The translations under genes and the position numbers were made by a program. From a candidate division WOR-3 bacterium (GTDB taxonomy: Bacteria; Hydrothermota; Tepidihabitantia; Tepidihabitantales; JBDRVQ01), in the NCBI GenBank assembly GCA_039802085.1, contig JBDRVU010000002.1:1-41150 (forward strand): a DNA stretch of 41,150 bases. The letters are read 5' to 3'. The notes under the pieces were generated by a model, which saw only the letters and a program-made list of their open reading frames with translations, searched no databases and had not been told where the DNA came from. Each line of letters starts with the position of its first letter. The stretch's first letter is position 1. Shown one piece after another: positions 26,074-34,314 of the stretch.

Positions 26074-27011
26074 TCCTGGAAGACCCCCATCCGGGCAAAC
26101 TTTTCTCGGCGTCGGGCAACTAGTTCCTCTTTAGGAATCCCGCGTAAAAGAAGAAAGTTTCTCTTAATCGCCTCTTTCACCAATTTCGCTGCCGCATCCC
26201 AATCCTGATGAGCACCACCCAGAGGTTCGGGAATTATCTCATCAACAAGCCCAAATTCCTTCAACTCATAGGCGGTCATCTTTAAGACCGCCGCCGCCTC
26301 CGGTGCTTTGCTACCATCCCGCCAGAGAATTGAGGCACAGCCTTCAGGAGAGATTACCGAATAGATAGCATTTTCTAAGGCTAAAATCCGGTCGCCAACC
26401 CCTAATGCTAAAGCACCACCCGACCCTCCCTCACCAATCACAACACAGATAATTGGCACCGTGAGTTGCCCCATCAAAAAGAGATTACGAGCAATCGCCT
26501 CGGCCTGTCCCCTCTCTTCTGCCCCAACACCCGGAAAGGCACCCGGGGTATCAATGAATGTGACAATTGGAAGGTTAAATTTCTCCGCCAGTTTCATCAC
26601 CCGAAGAGCCTTCCGATAACCTTCCGGGTGGGGCATGCCAAAATTTCTTTCCAACTTCTCCTTCGTTGTCCTTCCTTTCTGATGACCGCAGATGCAAACC
26701 CTCTCTCCTTCTATCCTTCCGAAACCACTAACAATTGCCTTATCATTGCCGTAGCGCCGGTCGCCGGCTAATTCTATAAAATCTTCCGTAATCCGGGAAA
26801 GATAATCCAAGGTATAAGGCCGGGAAGGATGCCGCGCTAAAAGAACCCTTTGCCAATGGGTGAGGTTACTATAAATCTTCTGCTTCATCTTAACGATATT
26901 ATCTTTTATCTCCGAAACCCTTTTGTCATCAATCCCGAGTTCTAATAGTTCCCGGAGTTTCCCTTCCAAATCCTGGAGGGGCTTTTCAAAATCCAAATAT
27001 TCCTTTTCCAT
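26070..27011 (-). CDS. accA: acetyl-CoA carboxylase carboxyltransferase subunit alpha
   Basis: 313 aa. FIDTPGAFPGVGAEERGQAEAIARNL, VIGEGGSGGALA, YSVISPEGCASILW. 4-nt overlap with era. Confidence 0.95.
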   Translation of the reverse strand: MEKEYLDFEKPLQDLEGKLRELLELGIDDKRVSEIKDNIVKMKQKIYSNLTHWQRVLLARHPSRPYTLDYLSRITEDFIELAGDRRYGNDKAIVSGFGRIEGERVCICGHQKGRTTKEKLERNFGMPHPEGYRKALRVMKLAEKFNLPIVTFIDTPGAFPGVGAEERGQAEAIARNLFLMGQLTVPIICVVIGEGGSGGALALGVGDRILALENAIYSVISPEGCASILWRDGSKAPEAAAVLKMTAYELKEFGLVDEIIPEPLGGAHQDWDAAAKLVKEAIKRNFLLLRGIPKEELVARRREKFARMGVFQE

Positions 27012-27059
27012 TAGTAATTTATTTTGTAAGCATAACCAAACCTTTCGTCAATGTCAATG

Positions 27060-27087
27060 TTGACATAGCTTAATTTTCCTTTATATT
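27060..27087 (+). promoter_or_regulatory. sigma-70-type promoter: TTGACA-16-TATATT upstream of the uORF and the lyase
   Basis: TTGACA(27060-65), a 16-nt spacer, TATATT(27082-87). The ATG of the uORF lies 13 nt downstream. Confidence 0.55.
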
Positions 27088-27100
27088 ATTACCTAAAAAG

Positions 27101-27151
27101 ATGCTAAACTTTTATTATCTTTATAATTTCCGAAATAAATGGAGGAGATAA
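27101..27151 (+). CDS. candidate 16-codon leader peptide MLNFYYLYNFRNKWRR (uORF), stop overlapping the lyase start (TAATG)
   Basis: ATG 27101 ... TGG AGG AGA TAA(27149-51). The last three sense codons (W-R-R) are themselves the GGAGGAG Shine-Dalgarno of the downstream ATG at 27151. 6 of 16 residues are aromatic. It is short and AT-rich, so a chance ORF is possible. Confidence 0.35.
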   Translation: MLNFYYLYNFRNKWRR

Positions 27152-28596
27152 TGCGGATTAAATTAACCAGCAATAAAGAAATCCCGATTGAAGGTCATCG
27201 GGTAAGAATTGTCCAGAAGTTAGAACTACCCTCGGTCGACCGGAGGCTTGCGGCAATGGAAGAAGCAGGCTATAATACCTTTCTTTTGCGCACAAAGGAT
27301 ATCTTCTTAGATATGCTCACCGATTCCGGGGTAAATGCCATGTCCGACAACCAATTAGCGGGAATGATTGTGGCGGATGATGCCTATGCTGGTGGCGCCA
27401 GTTATTATAAACTCTTGGATGCGGTCTCAGCGGTTCTTGGTTATAAGTATGCCTTTCCCGCGCACCAGGGGCGAGCCGCGGAACACTTAATTGACAAGGT
27501 CTTCTTAAAACCCGGACAGGTTGTTCCCACCAATTACCATTTCACTACCACCCGTGCCCATATTGAACTCTTAGGAGGAACAGTTTTAGAGATTTATAAC
27601 GATGAGGCATTGAATACCAAAAGCACTCATCTATTTAAGGGGAATATCGATATTAATAAATTGCGGGATGTGATTAAGAAATACGGTCGGGATAAAATTG
27701 CCTATGTCCGGATGGAGGCAACCGCCAATCTGATGGGTGGCCAGCCCTTCTCAATGGAGAACTTGCGGGAGGTTAAGAAAATCTGCCAGGAGAATGGCCT
27801 CCTTTTAGTTCTGGATGGCTCTTTGATTTGCGAAAATGCCTACTTAATAAAACAGCGAGAAAAAGGTTATGAGCACAAGTCAGTAGCCGAAATTGTGAAG
27901 GAGATGTGTACTTATCCGGATATCTATTATATGAGCGCCCGGAAGAATACTTGTGTCCGCGGTGGTCTAATTGCCACCAACAATGAGAAATTTTATCTGG
28001 CAATGCGCGACTGGTTGCCCGTCTATGAAGGATTTTTAACCTACGGTGGTATGTCGGTGAAAGAGGTTGAGGCAATGGCGATTGGTATGCGGGAGATGAC
28101 CGCAGAAGATGTTGCTGGTTGCGCAATTGAGCAGGTGAAATATTTTGCCAAAAGACTCTTGGAGTATAATATTCCTGTTGTCACACCACCCGGTGGCCTT
28201 GCCTGCCATCTTGATGCTAAACTATTCGTTCCCCACATTCCCCAAGAACAATACCCGGCCGGGGCATTAGCCGCCGCAATTTATCTCGCCTCCGGTATCC
28301 GAACGATGGAAAGAGGAACAATCTCTACGGACCGCGATAAAGAAACCGGAAAGGAGATAATGGCGGATTTAGAATTGACCAGAATCGCTTTACCGAGAAG
28401 GGTTTATACTGTCTCCCATATTGAATATGGAGTTGACCGCATCTGTTGGCTTTATCAACATCGGGATTTGGTGAAAGGGTTAAAGTTTACCGATGAACCT
28501 CCGGTATTAAGATTTTTCTTCGGGAAATTAACCGCCCTGGATAACTGGGGTAAAAAACTTTGCGATGCCTATAAGAAAGAAGTAGGAGATTATTAG
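27151..28596 (+). CDS. beta-eliminating lyase (tryptophanase / tyrosine phenol-lyase family)
   Basis: Collinear with E. coli TnaA as I recall it: FLDMLTDSGVNAMS, AYAGGASYY, FPAHQGRAAE, ENAYLIKQRE, PLP-Lys context MSARKN, GFLTYGGMS, HIPQEQYPAGALA, LTRIALPRRVYT. The start is placed at ATG 27151, 4 nt after GGAGGAG; the track start at 27139 is also possible. I cannot resolve Trp versus Tyr specificity by eye. Confidence 0.9.
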   Translation: MRIKLTSNKEIPIEGHRVRIVQKLELPSVDRRLAAMEEAGYNTFLLRTKDIFLDMLTDSGVNAMSDNQLAGMIVADDAYAGGASYYKLLDAVSAVLGYKYAFPAHQGRAAEHLIDKVFLKPGQVVPTNYHFTTTRAHIELLGGTVLEIYNDEALNTKSTHLFKGNIDINKLRDVIKKYGRDKIAYVRMEATANLMGGQPFSMENLREVKKICQENGLLLVLDGSLICENAYLIKQREKGYEHKSVAEIVKEMCTYPDIYYMSARKNTCVRGGLIATNNEKFYLAMRDWLPVYEGFLTYGGMSVKEVEAMAIGMREMTAEDVAGCAIEQVKYFAKRLLEYNIPVVTPPGGLACHLDAKLFVPHIPQEQYPAGALAAAIYLASGIRTMERGTISTDRDKETGKEIMADLELTRIALPRRVYTVSHIEYGVDRICWLYQHRDLVKGLKFTDEPPVLRFFFGKLTALDNWGKKLCDAYKKEVGDY

Positions 28597-28623
28597 TCTC
28601 TTTCTCCACCAGCGCTAATCGGT

Positions 28624-28651
28624 TTGACGAAAAGATAATTTCTTTTATAAT
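28624..28651 (+). promoter_or_regulatory. sigma-70-type promoter: TTGACG-16-TATAAT, ATG 5 nt after the -10
   Basis: TTGACG(28624-29) aaaagataatttcttt TATAAT(28646-51) tattc ATG(28657). No SD, leaderless geometry. Confidence 0.6.
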
Positions 28652-28656
28652 TATTC

Positions 28657-30732
28657 ATGAAAAAAAGATTCCTATTGCTTTTTGTCTTTTTACTCTCTTT
28701 TCTTTTTGCCCAAGAAAAGGATAATTGGTGTGGAACGCTTTTCGCCTTAAAACAGTTCCTAAGCAAAAGTCCTTTCCAAAGACCAGACCTGACACCGGAA
28801 TCAATCATTGAAACCGAACATTTCCGCATTCATTATACCCTTTATGGTCAAAACCGGTGCGATACTGCCTATGCCCGAGCGGTTGCCAACTATTGTGAAT
28901 TCTCTTGGCATAAACAGATTGATACCATGGGTTGGGCACCCCCACCACCAGATTACAGTCAGGGTGGCGATGACCGCTATGATATCTACATCTATGACCT
29001 ACCTTCTGGGGTTGGTGGTTGGTGTGTAACCGAAGCCTGGTATTCGGAACCTTATCCCAATGGCGCAAGTAGTTGGATTGGTGTGGATAACGGTCTTGGT
29101 TTAGGCAACTTCTTAAAAATTGTTTGCTCCCATGAATTTAGCCATGCCTCCCAATTTCGTTATAGTGCCCGGGAGATGAACTTTATCTATGAGAATACCG
29201 CGGTCTGGATGGAAGATTGTTGCTATGAAGAGATAAATGATTATATCAGTTATTTAAGCACCTCGCCTAACCCCTTAGGCAATCCTGACTATTCTATCAC
29301 TTCGGTCGAGAACCTTTATCTTTATGCCGGTGGTATCTGGTTTATGTTCTTAGAAGATAAATATGATATAATTTGTCCGCGCCGGGTTTGGGAGAATATG
29401 GGGGAAATTGGAGGTGAGAATACCCTTTTTGCCATTGATTCAGTCCTTCGGGCTTATTATTCTTCCAATTTAAGGACCGCTTTAAGAGATTATGCCCTCT
29501 GGCGCTATTTCGTTGGGATTCGAGCCGATACCTCCCGCTATTTTAAGGAAGGTAATCTCTGGCCAACATCTTACCTTTTAAGAACCATTTCCGAATATCC
29601 GGCTTGGGGAACTGAAGATCCCCGCCCACCCTTTGCTCCAGGTGGTTGTGATTTTATCCAATTGAGGAATGGCGGTGGCAAATTAACTATTAACTTTAAT
29701 GGAGAAGATGGATATAAGTGGCGACTCTGGGTCGTTGGCTATAAACCAGGTAGTAGCGATCTCTATGAAATGCGCCTTGATTCCCTCACCGGTGCTGGTC
29801 GGGATTCCTTTAATTGGGGAGACAGAGAGCACTTTGCCCTAATTCCTGTAGTTTGCAATTGGGAATTCTCCTCTGGTGCCCTAATCTTTGATTATGATGT
29901 TGACTGCCGGATTTTAAGAGATGTTGGCGTCGTTTCTATTGTTGGTGTGCCCGGTTCTTGTGATACCGGCTCCTCTTTCATCCCAAAAGCCTGGATAAAA
30001 AACTACGGAAGACAGAACGAGACATTTGATGCTATCTTCCGGATTGGTGATTCTTATACCAACCAAAGAAACTTAACCCTTTCGCCCAACGATTCCTTCC
30101 TCCAGGAGTTCTCCCCTTGTACCTTACTTTCCCGCGGTTATCAAAACTATATCTGCACCCTGGCTTTGGAGGGTGACGAAAGGGTTGCCAATAACTCCAA
30201 AACTGGTCGGATATTAGTTTTGGTCCGGGATGTTGGGGTCTTAGAGATATTAGAACCAGTTGGGACTATTCCTCCGGGCCGGGCGATTCAACCGAAAGCA
30301 AAAATTAAAAACTTCGGCAATTTACCCGTCCAGTTTGACTGCCATTTTTGGATTGGTGGATGGCAGACCACGAAGAGAATAAACCTCGCCGCAGGCCGGG
30401 AATTTGATTTGGTATTTGACTCAACCTGGCTGGCAAGCGATACCGGGCAGTTTCTGGCAAAATGTTCCACCGCCTATGCCGATGATAAAAATCCACTTAA
30501 TGATAAAACAGAAGGTATCTTTTTTGTCCGACCCTCTGGTTTAGCCGAAGCAATCAAATCAAAGATAGACTTTGATAACGAACGCCTAGAAATTTATAAC
30601 GCCTCCGGAATTAAGATTTGGGAAGGAGAAGGTATTAACCTTACCCGAATAAAACTTCCTTCGGGGGTTTATTTCTTAAATATCAAATCCCAAGAAAAGA
30701 AGAGGGAAAAGAAGATTTTCATTGTCCGATGA
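28657..30732 (+). CDS. secreted HExxH zinc metalloprotease with two CARDB-like domains and a T9SS/FlgD-Ig-like C-terminal domain
   Basis: 691 aa with a signal peptide (FLFA/QE). HEFSHASQF zincin motif. Two modules of about 100 aa begin (R)DVGV.(S/E)I and carry K.KN.G (CARDB-like). The C-terminus is RLEIYNASGIKIW...LPSGVYFLNIKS...KIFIVR. Confidence 0.75.
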   Translation: MKKRFLLLFVFLLSFLFAQEKDNWCGTLFALKQFLSKSPFQRPDLTPESIIETEHFRIHYTLYGQNRCDTAYARAVANYCEFSWHKQIDTMGWAPPPPDYSQGGDDRYDIYIYDLPSGVGGWCVTEAWYSEPYPNGASSWIGVDNGLGLGNFLKIVCSHEFSHASQFRYSAREMNFIYENTAVWMEDCCYEEINDYISYLSTSPNPLGNPDYSITSVENLYLYAGGIWFMFLEDKYDIICPRRVWENMGEIGGENTLFAIDSVLRAYYSSNLRTALRDYALWRYFVGIRADTSRYFKEGNLWPTSYLLRTISEYPAWGTEDPRPPFAPGGCDFIQLRNGGGKLTINFNGEDGYKWRLWVVGYKPGSSDLYEMRLDSLTGAGRDSFNWGDREHFALIPVVCNWEFSSGALIFDYDVDCRILRDVGVVSIVGVPGSCDTGSSFIPKAWIKNYGRQNETFDAIFRIGDSYTNQRNLTLSPNDSFLQEFSPCTLLSRGYQNYICTLALEGDERVANNSKTGRILVLVRDVGVLEILEPVGTIPPGRAIQPKAKIKNFGNLPVQFDCHFWIGGWQTTKRINLAAGREFDLVFDSTWLASDTGQFLAKCSTAYADDKNPLNDKTEGIFFVRPSGLAEAIKSKIDFDNERLEIYNASGIKIWEGEGINLTRIKLPSGVYFLNIKSQEKKREKKIFIVR

Positions 30733-31319
30733 AAAGAATCTTTATCTCCCTTCTTCTCCTTTTTCTCTTCTGTTCTAAGTGTTATAAGAAGCGAACTGGA
30801 GGCTTTAATTCGGATTTGGTTAATGGCGATTTCGATGAGGATTTAACCATTGGCTGGCAAAAGAAGGTAGAAAATTATGCTGGGGGTTATGAAATAAAAA
30901 GGGTGAAGGAGGGGGAGGAATACTACGCTCGGGTCAATAAAGACCTCTGCGGTTATGCCCAACTCTATCAAATTGTAAGGATTTCTAACCTTGCCTCTTC
31001 CCTCTCTTTTCAGGCAAAGTTTTCCGCTAACACCAACGAAGGGGATTATGCTGCTGCCGCTGCGGTGGTGATTGAATATCTAAATCATTCCCAAAGAAGA
31101 CTCGGTGCCACCTATTTTTATTATTCTACCTCTAATTTCGGGGAGTGGCAAAACGCTTCCACTACCCATCTCTATAAAACATCCGCTTCCGGTTGGCAGG
31201 AATTCTCATTAGATATTAAAAATGAATTAGGGCAAAATCTTCCTGGTATAAATAGCGACGAAGTAGCCTATCTTAAAATCTCCATTCTCGCCTATTGCAC
31301 TCAAGAAGAAGGTTGTTGA
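30729..31319 (+). CDS. hypothetical lipoprotein, translationally coupled to the metalloprotease
   Basis: 196 aa with a lipobox (LFLFC). ATGA stop/start overlap with the upstream protease. The beta-rich sequence (NGDFDEDLTIGW...) suggests a jelly-roll/CBM-like fold, but that is a guess. Confidence 0.55.
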   Translation: MKRIFISLLLLFLFCSKCYKKRTGGFNSDLVNGDFDEDLTIGWQKKVENYAGGYEIKRVKEGEEYYARVNKDLCGYAQLYQIVRISNLASSLSFQAKFSANTNEGDYAAAAAVVIEYLNHSQRRLGATYFYYSTSNFGEWQNASTTHLYKTSASGWQEFSLDIKNELGQNLPGINSDEVAYLKISILAYCTQEEGC

Positions 31320-31418
31320 GGACTATCGCAATCCGCCGAGGTCTCGGCTGATAAGATAAAAATATCTCCAAGCAATTAGAGCCGATAGGGAAAATCTATC
31401 GCAAAAAGAGAACCTCCG

Positions 31419-32672
31419 TCATAACCGTCCCCTAATCCCTCGCATCCGGCTCATTACTATCTTCCCCCTAACAATCGTCATCACCGCCCTCCCTTTCAAT
31501 CTCCAACCAGCAAAAGGACAATTCCTCCCCTTTGACTTAAATTCCCTTGGATCTACCGTCCACTCTCCCTCTGGGTCAATGATTGTGATATCTGCTGGAA
31601 AACCAATCGCTAACCTGCCACCTTTTATTCCCAAGATTTTCGCCGGGGTATAAGTCATCTTCCGAATCGCCTCTTTGAGGGAAAGAACTCCTGGCTCAAC
31701 CAAATGAGTTAAGACAATTCCGAGAGTTGTCTCAAGCCCAATAATACCATAAGGCGGCTTGGCAGAGTTTTTCTCCCTTTTGGTATGAGGGGCGTGGTCA
31801 CTGGCGATAACATCAATGATATTATTTTTTAACCCTTCTTTTATCGCCTGCACATCATCCGGAGAACGTAAAGGGGGATTGACCAAAAAGTTTGGGTCAA
31901 TCTTTCCTTCAACCCTTTTTATATCCCTTTCCGAGAGGGTAAAATGGTGCGGAGCTACTTCCGCGGAGCAAGATAGACCTTTCCTCTTTGCCTCGGCAAT
32001 CAAATCAACCGATTCCGCCAAAGTAATGTGGAAAAAATGGCAATGGAAAGGGATTTTGCTTAAAACAAATTGGAGATACGCCCGGATATATTTTGCCTCT
32101 AAAGGCTTATTCGGAAGGGGAGGGGTTTCTTCACAATGGAGACAAATCGGGATATTAAATTCCCTCACCGCTTTCGCCGCCTTTCTCATCACCTTCATAT
32201 CCCTAACCGGAAAACCATCATCGGTAAGACCTGATGCCCCTTCTTTCACTACCCCTTTCACATTGACCACTTCCTTTCCTTTCATACCTTTGGTGATACA
32301 AGCGTAGGTATAAAAATTGACAAAACTTCTCCTTTGGGCGAGACGGAGGAGATTTTTCACCCTTTTGGGTGAATCAATTGGAGGAAAAGTGTTGGGAGCA
32401 CAGACGATAGTAGTAAAACCCCCACTTGCTGCGGCTCGGGAGACACTGCTTATTGTCTCTTTGTACCTTTGGCCCGGCTCCCGGGCGTGGACATGAATAT
32501 CAATTAAACCGGGGACAACAATTTTATTGGCGGCATCAATTATCTTCCCTTTTTTTAGTTCAATTTCCGGAGCAATACTGGCGATTTTATTTTCAGTAAT
32601 AAGCAGGTCAAGGGTTTGGTCTAAATTAGAGAAAGGGTCTAATACCCGGCCATTTTTAATTAGTAATTCCAC
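31419..32672 (-). CDS. pyrC: dihydroorotase
   Basis: 417 aa. PGLIDIHVHAREPG, ASDHAPH, and adjacency to pyrB. Confidence 0.93.
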   Translation of the reverse strand: MELLIKNGRVLDPFSNLDQTLDLLITENKIASIAPEIELKKGKIIDAANKIVVPGLIDIHVHAREPGQRYKETISSVSRAAASGGFTTIVCAPNTFPPIDSPKRVKNLLRLAQRRSFVNFYTYACITKGMKGKEVVNVKGVVKEGASGLTDDGFPVRDMKVMRKAAKAVREFNIPICLHCEETPPLPNKPLEAKYIRAYLQFVLSKIPFHCHFFHITLAESVDLIAEAKRKGLSCSAEVAPHHFTLSERDIKRVEGKIDPNFLVNPPLRSPDDVQAIKEGLKNNIIDVIASDHAPHTKREKNSAKPPYGIIGLETTLGIVLTHLVEPGVLSLKEAIRKMTYTPAKILGIKGGRLAIGFPADITIIDPEGEWTVDPREFKSKGRNCPFAGWRLKGRAVMTIVRGKIVMSRMRGIRGRL

Positions 32673-32673
32673 C

Positions 32674-33597
32674 TCAACCGGCCAGAATCATTTTTAGGAG
32701 TGCCATCCGAATATAAAGGCCATTCTGGGCTTGGCGGAAATAAGCTGCTCTTTTATCCTGATCAACCTCTGGCCTTATTTCCGAGACCCGAGGTAGAGGA
32801 TGCATAATAATTGCCTTCTCTTTCATCACTTTCAAAATATTCGCGTCAATGATATAACGGTCTTTTGCCTTTTCGTAATCTTCTATTTTCTCCCCAAACC
32901 GCTCCTTTTGAATCCGAGTGGCATAGATCACATCAACCTTTGGAGCAACCCTTAATAAATCTTCTTCCTCCCAAAAGACTACCTTGTACCTTTTGAGGTA
33001 ATCTTTGATATCCTCCCGCATTCTAACTACTTCCGGGGCAACAAAGTAGATTGTCACATCTTTGTACTTTGTTAAAAGATAGGAAAGAGAGCGAACAGTG
33101 CGCCCGTGGGCTAAATCGCCCACCAGCGCAATCTTTAAACCATCCAGATAACCAATCTCTTTCTTAATTGTCCAAAGGTCTAAAAGGGCCTGGGTGGGAT
33201 GCTGGCCTGGTCCATCCCCAGCATTAATGATTGGTACCGGAGAAACCTCCGCTGCCCTTTTTGCTGAACCGCTCTCATAGTGACGGATAACGATAATATC
33301 CACATAGCCACCAACCACCCGAATTGTATCCTCTAAGGATTCCCCTTTCGCCGCGGAGGAAAACTGTTTAGCGTCCTCAGTAGAAACTACCTCACCACCC
33401 AATCGGCGCATCGCGGATTCAAAAGAAAGCCGAGTTCTGGTAGAAGGTTCATAAAATAAAGTTGCCATCACCTTGCCGGGGAGAATTCTTGCCCCCCCTT
33501 TTTTAGCTATCTCTTCCATCTCCTCGGCAACAGAAAAAATCTCCTCAAGGACTTTCCGGGAAAATTGTTGGGCTTCAATAATATGGTGCAATTTCAT
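32674..33597 (-). CDS. pyrB: aspartate carbamoyltransferase catalytic subunit
   Basis: 307 aa. EPSTRTRLSFE, HPTQALLD, VGDLAHGRTVRS, HPLPRV. Confidence 0.96.
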   Translation of the reverse strand: MKLHHIIEAQQFSRKVLEEIFSVAEEMEEIAKKGGARILPGKVMATLFYEPSTRTRLSFESAMRRLGGEVVSTEDAKQFSSAAKGESLEDTIRVVGGYVDIIVIRHYESGSAKRAAEVSPVPIINAGDGPGQHPTQALLDLWTIKKEIGYLDGLKIALVGDLAHGRTVRSLSYLLTKYKDVTIYFVAPEVVRMREDIKDYLKRYKVVFWEEEDLLRVAPKVDVIYATRIQKERFGEKIEDYEKAKDRYIIDANILKVMKEKAIIMHPLPRVSEIRPEVDQDKRAAYFRQAQNGLYIRMALLKMILAG

Positions 33598-33610
33598 TGT
33601 GGTTTATTAA

Positions 33611-33826
33611 CTATTTTAACAAAATTGCCAAAGGTACCAGAACACAATAACCAATAACTAAAAGAATCGGCGCCAAGGTGATAGAACCCCTTCCCAAGAA
33701 AACAAAACCCGCAATAATTACAATAATCGCCAAAAGCAACAAAAGATAATTCTTCTTTTTAAAGGAGATATTAGGTAATCGCCGCGATTCTCTCTTTTTC
33801 TCTTCTTTTTTTATTTTTTTGACCAT
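33611..33826 (-). CDS. small two-TM membrane protein (DUF3098-like)
   Basis: 71 aa. A Lys/Glu-rich N-terminus is followed by two hydrophobic helices (YLLLLLAIIVIIAGFVFL; LAPILLVIGYCVLVPLAILL). First gene of the pyrB-pyrC transcription unit. Confidence 0.55.
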   Translation of the reverse strand: MVKKIKKEEKKRESRRLPNISFKKKNYLLLLLAIIVIIAGFVFLGRGSITLAPILLVIGYCVLVPLAILLK

Positions 33827-33831
33827 ATCTA

Positions 33832-33860
33832 ATAATAATAATAAATTGCCTTCTTGTCAA
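33832..33860 (-). promoter_or_regulatory. sigma-70-type promoter: TTGACA-17-TATTAT, ATG 5 nt after the -10
   Basis: The reverse complement reads TTGACA(33860-55), a 17-nt spacer, TATTAT(33837-32), tagat, ATG(33826). No SD. Confidence 0.55.
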
Positions 33861-33926
33861 CTATGATTAGTCTTTTGTAAGAAGTGTTTATTAACTTATA
33901 GTTTAGTGAATGAGCCGTCATAAAAG

Positions 33927-33948
33927 TAGGCGACTTTTATGTCGCCTA
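33927..33948. other. perfect 8-bp hairpin / palindrome TAGGCGAC-ttttat-GTCGCCTA
   Basis: Seen directly. On the minus strand it is followed by CTTTTAT, making it a weak terminator candidate. It could instead be a protein-binding palindrome. Confidence 0.35.
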
Positions 33949-34020
33949 TTAATAAAAGGATATTTCTTTTCAAGTTTTTTATCTTCAATAACTTATCTAC
34001 TTTTGGGGTAGATTTAAGGT

Positions 34021-34090
34021 GAACCCTACCACCGCCTCCCACACCACCCCCTACCCCACCTCTTCTCTCAGTTCCCTCCCCTACTTTCCG
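34021..34090. other. strongly G-depleted (C/T/A) tract on the + strand; G-run-rich on the - strand
   Basis: The + strand reads gaaCCCtaccaccgcctCCCacaccaCCCCCtaCCCCacctcttctctcagttCCCtCCCCtac. The complement carries 6 runs of G3 or longer, consistent with a relaxed G-quadruplex pattern. This contrasts sharply with the AT-rich surroundings. Confidence 0.5.
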
Positions 34091-34205
34091 GACCGATTTT
34101 TCCCTTAATTAAAGGTCTAATCTTCTCCCTAATTTCTCTTCTCAAAAAAGGTCTCCTCTCCTCCCTAATTTACTCTCCAAGAAACGGTCTAATAAAAAAC
34201 CTCTT
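34090..34205 (+). repeat. degenerate tandem repeat, unit ~36-37 nt (AGGTCTnnnCTyCTCCCTAATTTnCTCTyC...)
   Basis: R1 34113-34148 aggtctaatcttctccctaatttctcttctcaaaaa. R2 34149-34185 aggtctcctctcctccctaatttactctccaagaaac. A partial unit lies on each side (ggaccgatttttcccttaattaa; ggtctaataaaaaacc). The frame is open from 34018 to 34272 but has no ATG/GTG start. Confidence 0.6.
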
Positions 34206-34221
34206 TTCCTGCCCCATCCCT

Positions 34222-34243
34222 TCTCTATTTTTGGGAATAGAGA
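34222..34243. other. perfect 8-bp hairpin TCTCTATT-tttggg-AATAGAGA
   Basis: Seen directly at the 3' edge of the tandem-repeat segment. Function unknown. Confidence 0.3.
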
Positions 34244-34314
34244 GACGGGTAGTGAGGTATTTGGTTTTTATTTAAGGCAAATCCGAATTATTTTGTCTAA
34301 TAATGCAAAAAAAA

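Noticed and set aside
27139-27150. The track start MEEIM... for the lyase.
   Set aside because: The ATG at 27139 has no SD, whereas GGAGGAG sits 4 nt before the ATG at 27151. This remains uncertain, and the 27139 start would still overlap the uORF.
31324-31411. A GCCGAG-gt-CTCGGC palindrome and a CTATCGCA direct repeat between the lipoprotein gene and pyrC, as a possible terminator.
   Set aside because: The 2-nt loop is too tight for a stable hairpin and no T-run follows. The 8-nt direct repeat is short enough to be chance.
34090-34205. The 36-37-nt tandem units might be a degenerate CRISPR array.
   Set aside because: The units are directly adjacent with no spacers. They are only about three-quarters identical by eye. 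There are no more than 2 full units, and there are no cas genes or leader in the window.
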